DNA of 64,000 bases from the NCBI GenBank assembly GCA_036574205.1, contig JAINCQ010000018.1:64001-128000 (forward strand), given 5' to 3'. Below are positions 1 through 9,156 of the stretch, piece by piece. The stretch comes from Elusimicrobiota bacterium (GTDB lineage: Bacteria > Elusimicrobiota > Elusimicrobia > Elusimicrobiales > UBA9959). Position 1 is the stretch's first letter; each line of letters begins with the position of its first letter. A program made the position numbers and the translations under genes. The notes beneath the pieces are model-generated. The model did no database searches and was not told the DNA's origin. It worked only from the letters and a program-made list of their open reading frames with translations.

Positions 1-619
1 GCATATAAAAATAGGTGGCTCCAACGGAGTAAAGGTCTGCCCTTTGATCTACCCGTTTGCCAAGCCCTTGTTCTGGCGACATAAAATAAGCCGTTCCTAT
101 CATTTCCCCCGTTATAGTTAACTGCTTTTCTTCAACTACTCTTCTTGCAAGTCCAAAGTCTATTATTCTTGGGACTCCCTCATTGTTTATTATAATATTA
201 GAAGGCTTTATATCCCTATGTATTATATTTTTTGAATGAGCGTGTTCAAGTCCGCGCAAAACACCGATGATTATATCAGAGGCTTGAGGAACTGTGAATG
301 TCCCTTTTTCTTTTATTATTTGATCTATGCTTTTCCCTTCAACATAAGACATTACTATGTAGTAATTGCCTTTTTCTTTGCCGTAATCGTAGATATGTAC
401 AGTGTTTGGATGATCCAGCTGTTTTGAAATTTCAGCTTCTCTTAGAAAAAAGTCAATATTTCTGGGGTCAGCTTCTAATTCCTTTGATAGTAGTTTTACA
501 CATACTACTTTATTTAGCGTAATGCTATGCGCCTTATAAACAACTCCCATCCCCCCTTGGCCGATCTTTTCAAGAATTAAACAATTGGCAAAGGTTTTTC
601 TTATCAAATCATCATTCAT
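1..619 (-). CDS. Hanks-type Ser/Thr protein kinase (5' part; runs off the window)
   Basis: Manual translation from ATG 619: MNDDLIRKTF...IGQGGMGVVYKA...VCVK...HRDIKPSN...DFGLA...GTAYFMSPEQ. Its start overlaps the end of the upstream gene. Absent from the ORF track. Confidence 0.93.
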   Translation of the reverse strand, partial: MNDDLIRKTFANCLILEKIGQGGMGVVYKAHSITLNKVVCVKLLSKELEADPRNIDFFLREAEISKQLDHPNTVHIYDYGKEKGNYYIVMSYVEGKSIDQIIKEKGTFTVPQASDIIIGVLRGLEHAHSKNIIHRDIKPSNIIINNEGVPRIIDFGLARRVVEEKQLTITGEMIGTAYFMSPEQGLGKRVDQRADLYSVGATYFYM

Positions 620-1562
620 TTAATCTTCTGTCCTTATGATATATGCTTTTATTCTTTTCTGGTCTTGATTTAAGAAATCTTTTAATTTCAAATGCTTTTT
701 CTATTATTTTTGCATAATGGATATCTCTTACTACATTTACAATTGCTATTGAAAGGGTCATAATAGGAAATCTTCTGACATTATTCATCCTGTCGGTAGT
801 CGTTATGAAACCTGCTTTTCTATGATTTTCATCATAGTATAATGGTATTTCTGAGTCAAACCTTGAAGTAATTTCTTCAGAGATTTTTCCAATTTTTTCA
901 ACAGGAGCTATTACCACAAAATCATCTCCACCTATATGCCCGATAAAGTAATCATCTGGAGAGTTGCGCTTGAGAGCTTCAATTATAATTTTAGAAAGAA
1001 ATTTTATTATACTATCTCCTTTAGGATATCCATAAACGTCATTATATGCTTTGAAGTTATCAATATCAATATAGGCAAAAGCAAAATTGGGATTTAAAGA
1101 AACCTTTTTTTTTGTATACTCTTCTATCAAAGGACTACCGGGAAGTTTTGTAAGCGGATTTAAAGAAGAATCGTTTTCTTTTCTTTTGAGTATCCTTTTA
1201 ATCCTTACTCTAAGCTCTCTTACATCAAAAGGTTTGTTGATATAATCATCCGCCCCTATTTCTATTGTTTTTATTTTTGAATCTACTTCAGATACGCCGG
1301 TTAGTATTATTATCGGTATATCGCTTAAAACCTGATTTTCTCTTATTTTCTTGCATAGCTCATATCCATCTATATCTGGAAGTTTTAAGTCAAGAAGTAT
1401 AAGAGATGGTTTAGGTTTTTTTATAAGATATGAAAGAAGTTCTCTCCCATTTAATAAAGTAACCACATTGTAATTAAGGTTTTTCAATATAACAGAAACA
1501 AGAAGCCCTACATTTGGGTCATCATCAACCACCACTATGGTCTTTGTTTCTTCGTTCAACAC
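612..1562 (-). CDS. Response regulator receiver + GGDEF-domain protein (putative diguanylate cyclase)
   Basis: REC motifs VVDDD, LLDLKLP, KPF; GGDEF motifs LTKLP, DIDNFKAYNDVYG, HIGGDDF. Likely start GTG 1562 or TTG 1559 after the SD AGGGGGAG. Confidence 0.9.
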   Translation of the reverse strand: MLNEETKTIVVVDDDPNVGLLVSVILKNLNYNVVTLLNGRELLSYLIKKPKPSLILLDLKLPDIDGYELCKKIRENQVLSDIPIIILTGVSEVDSKIKTIEIGADDYINKPFDVRELRVRIKRILKRKENDSSLNPLTKLPGSPLIEEYTKKKVSLNPNFAFAYIDIDNFKAYNDVYGYPKGDSIIKFLSKIIIEALKRNSPDDYFIGHIGGDDFVVIAPVEKIGKISEEITSRFDSEIPLYYDENHRKAGFITTTDRMNNVRRFPIMTLSIAIVNVVRDIHYAKIIEKAFEIKRFLKSRPEKNKSIYHKDRRLNE

Positions 1563-1652
1563 TCCCCCTTTATTATGTTTATCAATCAAATTATATTTTA
1601 CTATTTATCTTACTATTTATTATAAAAAAAATATATAAAAAAAGCAATTAAT

Positions 1653-2360
1653 TGTAAGATATCTATACATACCTGTCTGCGTGCCTGCCTGAGCGAAGAC
1701 CCTCGCAGTCAGGCGAACACGCACAGGCAGGTTGGAGTTTTCATAATTTTTAAATTGTTCATCTAAAAACCAATTTATTAGTGTTTTTCCGATTCAGTTA
1801 TTTATGGCGTTTTTCAATACCATAACATATAATCCATAAGCCCTATCATTTAAACTCTATTATTACCTTTCTGGACAGTTTACTCTCTTCCCATTTTAAT
1901 ATATCCCCTCTCCTTTTTTGTAGAGGGTTAGGGTGAGGAGATTTCACCCTCACCTTAATCCTCTCCCATCAAGGGAGAGGAAAATTAAGTGTCAATAAGG
2001 GAATTTAATTTTTTCACCCTTATCCTTCACCTTCCCCCATCAAGGGGAAAGGGAGAATTTGATCTTTCCGGAAGGTAAAATTAGGTTTTGTTTGGATTTA
2101 AAAATCATCCACAGTTTAAACACGATCGTGTAAAATCAGTGGATGTTATTCATAAGAAAGTTATATAATTTCTGGTAAATGATTATCCACAGTTTGACCA
2201 CGACCGTGTAAAATTAGTGGATGTTGTTTTGAAGGCAAAATACCTTAGACTGACCGCCTCGGTCAGTCCGGTATTGGAGATCTACAACAAATTTACAAAT
2301 ATTATTCTACGGATCCAGCAGCATTAAAAATCTGTTCAATATGTTTCTGATATTTTGCAT
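1653..2360 (+). repeat. Composite palindromic intergenic repeat, copy 1 (longest)
   Basis: Begins TGTAAGATATCTATACAT. Contains a 62-bp hairpin at 1671-1732, a TTACCTT...AAGGTAA-bounded module at 1863-2078 with CCCTCTCC/GGAGAGG hairpins, and a GACTGACC hairpin. Modules are shared with the copies at 17358, 29658, 39697 and 43404. Confidence 0.9.
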
Positions 2361-2393
2361 AAAAAAATCTGGTTGTTTAAATCAAGCTTGTAT

Positions 2394-2444
2394 AAAAAAA
2401 AGGAGGGCTGCCTTTTGGGGGGTAGGTGAGGGAGGCAGCCCTGC
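2394..2444 (-). ncRNA. Candidate ~50-nt small RNA: single 10-bp hairpin, C-rich loop, U8 tail
   Basis: Stem AGGGCUGCCU/AGGCAGCCCU, loop CCCUCACCUACCCCCCAAA, then CC and U8. Starts about 7 nt after a consensus -10. Confidence 0.55.
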
Positions 2445-2450
2445 TATGTA

Positions 2451-2478
2451 ATTTTAGCATCAATATTGATTTTGTCAA
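2451..2478 (-). promoter_or_regulatory. Sigma70-type promoter with extended -10
   Basis: TTGACA (2478-2473), 16 nt ending TGC, TAAAAT (2456-2451). Confidence 0.7.
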
Positions 2479-2571
2479 GGGTCTTATGTTACAAAAGTTA
2501 CATATATCTTAGTGGAAAAATTATATTTGTAAAGATAATTGCCTGAGCAGTTATGTGCTATAATTGATTTA

Positions 2572-3513
2572 ATGAGGATAGTTAATTTCATTGTGTTGTT
2601 TTTGTGTGTCTTTTTTTTATATTGGTTTTTTGGAAAAATATTTTCCGATTTTTATTCAATAGACTACAGCTTTATTTCCAGGATGATAGAAGAAAGAAAA
2701 AGCGAGGTAGCCTTAAAGTATATTAATTTATGTCTTTCTAAATATAAAGATGATGGATCTCTGTATTATGAAAAAGCCAGAGCATTAATGCTTGAAAAAA
2801 AATATGATGAGGCTCTTTCAAACCTTGAAAATTCAATAGCTCTTGGTTTTCCTCTTGTTTCATCTTATAACTTAAAAGCCGTAATCTATGGAAGTTATAA
2901 AAATGATTATAAAATGCAAAAATATTTTTCATCAAAGGCGATAGAAATAGATCCTACAGATTATGAGGCGTATTTGATAAGGGCAAGAGCCTCTTATTTT
3001 CTTGACGATTATGAAAACTCAATTAAAGATTTTGAGATTGCTTATAATCTTACAAATGATGATAATATCCTTTTTGAAAAAACGGCAGTTTTGTTGGAAT
3101 CTGGAAAAATAAAGGAAGCTATTGAAATACTCTATAACCTGAATAAAAAATATCCTGATGATAATTCTATCCTCTATAGACTTTTTCTTGCTTATAGAGA
3201 TGGAGGATATTATAACAATGCCCTTTACATAATAAACAGGCTTGTGGATAGAGAAAAAAGTTCTTTTTATCTAAAAGAAAAATCTAAAATGCTTTATACA
3301 ATGGGAGATTATTGTTCTTCAGCTTTAAATTATTACAGTGTAGTTAATTCTAGCTCTGCAAATGCCGATGATTTTTATTTTTATTCTCTTTTAATGTATA
3401 AAAATTTGAAGTTAAAAGAAGCTCTTGATTATATTAAAAGAGCGGAAAAGAAGAAAAAAGATGAAAAATATCTCAAGTTGAAGGAAAAGATAATAAAACA
3501 AATGAATAAATGA
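2572..3513 (+). CDS. Membrane-anchored TPR-repeat protein
   Basis: N-terminal hydrophobic helix followed by TPR-like repeats (AIEIDPTDYEAYLIRARA). ATG 2572 is preferred over TTG 2539. Confidence 0.8.
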   Translation: MRIVNFIVLFLCVFFLYWFFGKIFSDFYSIDYSFISRMIEERKSEVALKYINLCLSKYKDDGSLYYEKARALMLEKKYDEALSNLENSIALGFPLVSSYNLKAVIYGSYKNDYKMQKYFSSKAIEIDPTDYEAYLIRARASYFLDDYENSIKDFEIAYNLTNDDNILFEKTAVLLESGKIKEAIEILYNLNKKYPDDNSILYRLFLAYRDGGYYNNALYIINRLVDREKSSFYLKEKSKMLYTMGDYCSSALNYYSVVNSSSANADDFYFYSLLMYKNLKLKEALDYIKRAEKKKKDEKYLKLKEKIIKQMNK

Positions 3514-3595
3514 TTTTTAAATACTATTTCAAAATGTTGTTATTTTATATTGTTGTAACTTATTTAAATTAAAGATTGTTAAAAAAAATCTCTGG

Positions 3596-4462
3596 CTACT
3601 GCTTTTGTTTTGTTATCCTTGGAAAAAATGAGTATCTGAAATTAAAAGTGCCTAAGTATTCATATCCTCCGTTATATTTAAGATATGAAATCTGAAAGTT
3701 TAATTTTAAAAGAGTACCTAATTGCAAATTTATAAGTTTTGGACTCATACTTGAGCCCTGAGGTACTATAGCCTCAATACCTAATATATTCTTGTTTTTT
3801 GCGATATACATCATTCCAAAAAAAAGTGTAGATTTGGATATATAGGGATGATGATTTAAAGTTAGTTCAATGGCTTTATCAGAAAGAAATTCTGAAGTCT
3901 GGTATATAAATCTTGAAAAATCTCCGTCAGAGTATCCCGCATTTAATATAAATTTGTTGGCAAATTGTTTGGAGATAACAAAGTAGAGCGATGAATATGT
4001 GTTTGTATTATCGCTGTCCACTTTAAATGATGCCCCTGGTCTATTTAAAGATGGCTGGGGAGAATCTCTAAAAGTAAAGATCCCTTTAAAGCCGGTTGCA
4101 AGCGAGGGTAGATATTTAGTTTCTCTTTCTATTAAAAGCTTTCCATCTGTCTCAAAATACCAGATCCCAATTCTATCAAGATAATTTTTTTTGTCTATTG
4201 TCCAATCGAGAGAATTTTTGCCATAAAGTCTTCCTATATAATATGCCGCATTAAAATCTATAGAGGGACCTATCTCATTAATACCATTGGATCTATAGGC
4301 TGTTGGGGTCAGAACTATACCACTTATTGAGACCTGTTTTGGTAGAACTTCCCATCTTTTTTCTTCTGAAACAGATGTTTCGCTGCTTATATTAATTTCC
4401 TGTGAATTGGTATATTGAAAAACAAAAAAATATGTTATTGCTGTTAATATTAATTTTTTCAT
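3596..4462 (-). CDS. Secreted protein, probable outer-membrane beta-barrel (YjbH-like)
   Basis: Signal peptide, GIVLTPTAY motif, aromatic-rich beta-strand pattern ending FNFRYSFF. Confidence 0.55.
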   Translation of the reverse strand: MKKLILTAITYFFVFQYTNSQEINISSETSVSEEKRWEVLPKQVSISGIVLTPTAYRSNGINEIGPSIDFNAAYYIGRLYGKNSLDWTIDKKNYLDRIGIWYFETDGKLLIERETKYLPSLATGFKGIFTFRDSPQPSLNRPGASFKVDSDNTNTYSSLYFVISKQFANKFILNAGYSDGDFSRFIYQTSEFLSDKAIELTLNHHPYISKSTLFFGMMYIAKNKNILGIEAIVPQGSSMSPKLINLQLGTLLKLNFQISYLKYNGGYEYLGTFNFRYSFFPRITKQKQ

Positions 4463-4469
4463 AATAAAA

Positions 4470-4940
4470 TTATACTAAAAAACATAAGGATAAAAACATA
4501 ACAAAACTGGCATATAACCCTGCTACTATATCATCTATAACTATTGAAAATCCTCTAAAATTTATATTTTCCAGTTTTTTTATTGGCCACGGTTTTATAG
4601 TATCGAAAATTCTAAAAAATACAAAAAGTGAAATAGCATTTATTATATTTTTTTCGAAAAACAAAAAACACCACCAGTATCCGCATATTTCATCGATAAC
4701 TATAAGAGGATTGTCTTTTTCACCACTTAAGATAAAAGCATTATGAGAGATATAAATGGCAAAAAGAGTAAAAACAATCAAAAATAATAAATTATTTTTC
4801 TCTGGCGTTAATGGAAGCAGGATAAATGCCAGAAGTGTTCCAAATAGACCACATCCCCTGAACTTTGATTCTCGTTTTGAAAAATATGATGGTATTTTGC
4901 TTATATAAAATCCGCTTGCTATAAAATCAACTACCCTCAA
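4470..4940 (-). CDS. pgpA: Phosphatidylglycerophosphatase A
   Basis: DNPLIVIDEICG, FRIFDTIKPWPI, GFSIVIDDIVAG; adjacent to pgsA. Confidence 0.9.
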   Translation of the reverse strand: MRVVDFIASGFYISKIPSYFSKRESKFRGCGLFGTLLAFILLPLTPEKNNLLFLIVFTLFAIYISHNAFILSGEKDNPLIVIDEICGYWWCFLFFEKNIINAISLFVFFRIFDTIKPWPIKKLENINFRGFSIVIDDIVAGLYASFVMFLSLCFLV

Positions 4941-5557
4941 TTTCCCTCTTCTTTTTTAGGGGGAATATCATTTCCCCATTGTCTTTTTATCATCTTATAA
5001 TGGTTTAGGACATATATTATTCCGCTTATCATGGTAATAGTTGCAGTTATTAACATAAGAATTGATGGAAGTGTATGTAATTTAGCTATAATACGTTCAA
5101 GATTGGTATTGGAATGGGAGAGATTTTTGATTATTAGATATATAAGAATTAGATATATGGATATAAATTGAAAGAGAGTTTTAAATTTTCCAGATTTTTC
5201 GGCTTTTAAAACAAAATTATCAAGCGCAGCTAAAACCCTTAGAGATGCTACGGTAAGTTCTCTTAGTATTATCAGAAATATAGCAAAGATAGGTATTTGA
5301 AGTTCTTTTATATCAGCAAAAGCTAAATAACATGAAAAAACTACTATTTTATCCGCATATGGATCAACAATAGCTCCAAATTTAGTTGCGGTGTTTGTTT
5401 CTCTGGCTATTTTCCCGTCTATAAAATCGGATATAGAAAGCAAAATCAAAAGTATAAAAGATATTATTAAAAGCGTTATATTATCGTGTTTTATGAAGAA
5501 AAATAAAGTTATTCCAAAAAATGTTCTTGAAAGAGTTATTTTATTCGCAAGGGTCAT
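4937..5557 (-). CDS. pgsA: CDP-diacylglycerol--glycerol-3-phosphate 3-phosphatidyltransferase
   Basis: ANKITLSR; CDP-alcohol phosphotransferase motif DFIDGKIAR...FGAIVDPYADK. Confidence 0.92.
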   Translation of the reverse strand: MTLANKITLSRTFFGITLFFFIKHDNITLLIISFILLILLSISDFIDGKIARETNTATKFGAIVDPYADKIVVFSCYLAFADIKELQIPIFAIFLIILRELTVASLRVLAALDNFVLKAEKSGKFKTLFQFISIYLILIYLIIKNLSHSNTNLERIIAKLHTLPSILMLITATITMISGIIYVLNHYKMIKRQWGNDIPPKKEEGN

Positions 5558-6210
5558 AGTTTTATAGTGTCATAATTGTTTTCATTTTTATATTCAAATT
5601 CTTCCTTTTTAACTTCAGGATTTATTTCTATATTTTTGAGAATCGTCGTTACAATAGTATCTCCTAAATCCAGTTCGCCTTCAACCGGGAAAAAATTGGA
5701 GTTCAACTTCAATTTTAACTTATATCCTTTATTTTTGGGGGTTATTTTAAGGAGATATCCGGATTCTATTTTTTCACTTTTAACATCCGCTTCTTCAAGC
5801 AAGGATGAATAATTGCCAAATTCAAGAAGCCCTTTTAATTTTGGTTCCAGTCCGCTTTTCCAATTTTTGTAGCTAGTTTTTATGATTTGTTTGTCTTTTG
5901 GTTTCACTATGGTTATATCTTTTTTTGAATTTATTATTATCGTTTGTTCTTGAGGTTGTGAATGAATTATCTTGATATTATCAGGCTTTAAATAAGTTAT
6001 ATTGCCTTTTACTTTTTGTTTTATTTCTGCCACCTTAAATAGAACCTCTTGCTCAAAATCGGATTTTAAGGATTTTAATTTGTTATCAGTTTCTATTAAC
6101 ATCTTTACTACTTCAATCCCTTTATTTTCAAAAGTATTGGTAGAAACTTCATTTTGCGCATTTAGCCAAAAAGGTACAATCAAAAAAAATAGTATTATTA
6201 GTTTATTCAT
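5554..6210 (-). CDS. lolA: Outer-membrane lipoprotein carrier protein LolA
   Basis: Signal peptide, LKSDFEQ...KPDNIKI pattern, located directly after ftsK. ATG 6210 follows the SD GGAGGGG. Confidence 0.8.
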   Translation of the reverse strand: MNKLIILFFLIVPFWLNAQNEVSTNTFENKGIEVVKMLIETDNKLKSLKSDFEQEVLFKVAEIKQKVKGNITYLKPDNIKIIHSQPQEQTIIINSKKDITIVKPKDKQIIKTSYKNWKSGLEPKLKGLLEFGNYSSLLEEADVKSEKIESGYLLKITPKNKGYKLKLKLNSNFFPVEGELDLGDTIVTTILKNIEINPEVKKEEFEYKNENNYDTIKL

Positions 6211-6220
6211 TTCCCCTCCA

Positions 6221-8458
6221 TTATTTTGGTGAAGAACTTTCAAGAGCATTTAAATATTCTTCTATTTTTTCAAAGTATATCTGCCATTTATTAGTTCCCT
6301 CTGGTTTATATATAAAACCTTTTACTTCAAGAAGACTTAACAAGTTGGTAGCTCTTGCAGAAGATCCAAAATGCGCTTTTAGCAGATCCTGAGAAACCCT
6401 TCTTCTTTCAAGTATAAGTCTTAAAGCAGTTATAAGTTCTTCTGAGCTTGATCCCTTTCCGTCAAAAGTTGTTTCTTCTTCTCTATATATGGTATAGCTG
6501 GGACCGCCCTGCTGTTTTAAAAACTCCACTACTCTTGATATCTCATCTTCGCTTACATAACATCCCTGTATCCTTTCCGGCTTGCTTTTATTTGGACCAA
6601 GAAACAGCATATCTCCTTTACCTATAAGCGATTCCGCGCCAGGACAATCTATTATAACCCTTGAGTCTACCTTGGAACTTACCTGTAAGGCAACTCTTGA
6701 AGGGAGATTAGCCTTTATTACGCCAGTTATAACATCAACCGAAGGCCTTTGTGTCGCAAGAACTAGATGAATTCCAACGGCTCTCGCCATTTGAGTCAGC
6801 CTTTGAATAGACTCCTCTACAACATTTTTCGCCTGAAGCATAAGGTCAGCAAGTTCATCTATTACAACTATTATGTAAAATTCAGTTGGTTGATTATTTG
6901 AAATAGCCCATTTATTGTATGATTGTATGTTTTTTACCCTTGCCTTTTCAAATTTTTTATATCTGCTTTCCATTACTCTTGTAAGAGCAACCAGGGTTTT
7001 TGAGGCTTCCTTTGGATCTGTTATAACTCTAACCTTATCAGGGGTAGTTCTGGGATCGTAAAGATATGGTATATTTTCATAGGAAGTTAGTTCAAGCCGT
7101 TTTGGATCTATGAAGACAAATTTTATCTCATCGGGAGTGTTTTTATAAATAAGCGATATAATTAATGATTGTAAAAATACACTTTTTCCGCTTCCTGTAG
7201 CCCCTGCTACAAGCATATGAGGCATTTCTTCAAGATTTGCTATAGCCACAGATCCTTCGCTATGTCTTCCCATAACAAAGGTAAGCGGATGAGGTGAAGA
7301 GTTAAACTCAGGAGATTCTATTATTTCTCTTAAGGTTACAACGCTTCTTTTTGAGTTCGGTATTTCAAATCCTATGGCTGATTTTCCGGGTATTGGGGCT
7401 ATGGCTCGTATTGATCCTATTGACTTCATAGCAAGCGCTATATCATTTGAAAGGGATACTATGGAATTTATTTTAACCCCCGGGGAAGGGGTTATCTCAT
7501 ATCTTGTTATAACAGGTCCCGGATATACACCAGATATATATGCTGATATATTAAAATTTTTTAATGTTTCTTCAAGTTTTGTTTTTGCCTCTTGAATCTC
7601 ATTATTGTCAGGTAGATATATATTTGAATTTTTACTTTTTGAAAGGAGGTCTATAGATGGATTTTTAAAGTTCTTAAAATCAAGAAACTCTCTTTTTTTG
7701 ATAATTTCATTTTTTGGTTTTTTTTCCTGTTTTTGTTCTTTTGTGTTTTCGTTGCTATTTTTTTTGTTAATTTCATCTGTGGTTTGTTGAGTTTGTGAAG
7801 ATTTAAGTGGTAGGTCTTGCTGGATTTGTTCATTTTTATTTTTAATAGGCTGAACCAAGATGGTTTTTTCTCCAGCTCTTTCTTTTTCATTTATTATTTT
7901 TTTGCGTGTGTCAAATTCTGCTTTTGCTTTCTTCCACTCATCCCAGTCTTTTTCTAATACCAATTTCGCTTTTTCAAAAACCTTACTCCATTTTATCTCA
8001 AATATTATATTAACTCCCAGGATAATAAAACCAATTGAGAATATCGCTGATCCCGCCTCGCCGAAAAGTTTTATCATAACCGAGTCTAAAAAATATCCCA
8101 GCCATCCGCCGTTTAATGGATAGTTTGTATAGTTATAAATCCTTTCAAAAAAGGCTGATACAAAAGAAAGAGTAAAAAATATTCCAGCAAGCATTGAAAA
8201 TAAACCTTTATTTGGCTTTCCAAGTTTCAAAAGTATTCTTGTCAAACCATAAAAAAATAGAAAAGGAAATAAGTATACACTGTGTCCTATAAATGCGGAA
8301 AGTTTATCAAAAACAAACCTTCCCAGTATACCTTTTTGTGATGGATTTATTATAATCCAGAATATCCAGACTGAAAAAAATATAGAAATAGTCCAGTAAA
8401 CAATATTGGAAAAGCTTTGAGATTTACTGTTTTTTTTTGTGTATAACTTATGACTCAT
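6221..8458 (-). CDS. ftsK: DNA translocase FtsK
   Basis: Four-TM N-terminus, GPVITRYE, Walker A GATGSGKS, IDELADLM, ATQRPSVDVITG, C-terminal gamma-like domain. Confidence 0.96.
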   Translation of the reverse strand: MSHKLYTKKNSKSQSFSNIVYWTISIFFSVWIFWIIINPSQKGILGRFVFDKLSAFIGHSVYLFPFLFFYGLTRILLKLGKPNKGLFSMLAGIFFTLSFVSAFFERIYNYTNYPLNGGWLGYFLDSVMIKLFGEAGSAIFSIGFIILGVNIIFEIKWSKVFEKAKLVLEKDWDEWKKAKAEFDTRKKIINEKERAGEKTILVQPIKNKNEQIQQDLPLKSSQTQQTTDEINKKNSNENTKEQKQEKKPKNEIIKKREFLDFKNFKNPSIDLLSKSKNSNIYLPDNNEIQEAKTKLEETLKNFNISAYISGVYPGPVITRYEITPSPGVKINSIVSLSNDIALAMKSIGSIRAIAPIPGKSAIGFEIPNSKRSVVTLREIIESPEFNSSPHPLTFVMGRHSEGSVAIANLEEMPHMLVAGATGSGKSVFLQSLIISLIYKNTPDEIKFVFIDPKRLELTSYENIPYLYDPRTTPDKVRVITDPKEASKTLVALTRVMESRYKKFEKARVKNIQSYNKWAISNNQPTEFYIIVVIDELADLMLQAKNVVEESIQRLTQMARAVGIHLVLATQRPSVDVITGVIKANLPSRVALQVSSKVDSRVIIDCPGAESLIGKGDMLFLGPNKSKPERIQGCYVSEDEISRVVEFLKQQGGPSYTIYREEETTFDGKGSSSEELITALRLILERRRVSQDLLKAHFGSSARATNLLSLLEVKGFIYKPEGTNKWQIYFEKIEEYLNALESSSPK

Positions 8459-8669
8459 TTTTAAGATTTACTTTATATATTAGGTTTTCAAGCGTCATTT
8501 TTATTTTTTTCTGAGCCAGGAGATACCCTAAGGAAAGATATAACTCAGAGCTTGAAATTCTAAGCTTTAATTTTATTTCCCATGAGGAAAGCATAGGTTC
8601 TTTTGAAAGAAGTTCCAGTATTTTTAATGTATTATCCTCTATTTTTTTGCTTATTTCTTCGTCGCTCAT
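8448..8669 (-). CDS. Small winged-helix protein (DUF2582-like)
   Basis: 73 aa; LYLSLGYLLAQKKI resembles the AlGWLarE.KI motif. Overlaps both neighbouring genes. Confidence 0.55.
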   Translation of the reverse strand: MSDEEISKKIEDNTLKILELLSKEPMLSSWEIKLKLRISSSELYLSLGYLLAQKKIKMTLENLIYKVNLKNES

Positions 8670-9148
8670 ACTTTTTCAACAATAAATAAATTATCCCCTT
8701 CATTTACAAATTTTCCATTTTCAGCCACACATTTAAGTATTTTACATTTAAATTCAGTTTTTATTTCGTTAAAAACCTTCATTGCCTCCACAAGGCACAC
8801 AACGCTGTTTGCTTCAACTATATCCCCTTCCCTTACATATGGTGGGCTTGATGGAGAGGAAGCTCTGTAAAAAATACCAGACATTGGAGCTTTTATAGTA
8901 AGACCATTTATCTGTTCTGTCGCGGGTTTTGAGGGAGTTGCTGATGGTTGAAAATTTTGAACTTGTTGTGGCGCTGCCATTGTTGGTAATATATGAATAT
9001 TTTGTGAATTGGCTGATTTTCTAACAAGTTTTATGTGATCATTCCCGCTTGAGAACTCTATAATATCAAGGTTATTTTTTACCATAAAATCATATGCTTC
9101 TTTTATTTCCTCAAGATATCCGGCAGTTTCTTTTTTTGATTTTTCCAT
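8666..9148 (-). CDS. accB: Acetyl-CoA carboxylase biotin carboxyl carrier protein
   Basis: APMSGIFYR and the EAMKVFNEI biotinylation motif. Confidence 0.93.
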   Translation of the reverse strand: MEKSKKETAGYLEEIKEAYDFMVKNNLDIIEFSSGNDHIKLVRKSANSQNIHILPTMAAPQQVQNFQPSATPSKPATEQINGLTIKAPMSGIFYRASSPSSPPYVREGDIVEANSVVCLVEAMKVFNEIKTEFKCKILKCVAENGKFVNEGDNLFIVEKV

Positions 9149-9156
9149 TATGCCTC

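Noticed and set aside
236..522. Two short plus-strand ORFs
   Set aside because: Antisense to the kinase gene. The same applies to the other 60-131 aa ORFs overlapping long genes.
2183..2191. oriC suggested by TTATCCACA
   Set aside because: One perfect and one near box embedded in hairpin repeats; no dnaA/dnaN and no box cluster.
1653..2360. CRISPR array
   Set aside because: No regularly spaced identical repeats with unique spacers, and no cas genes in the window.
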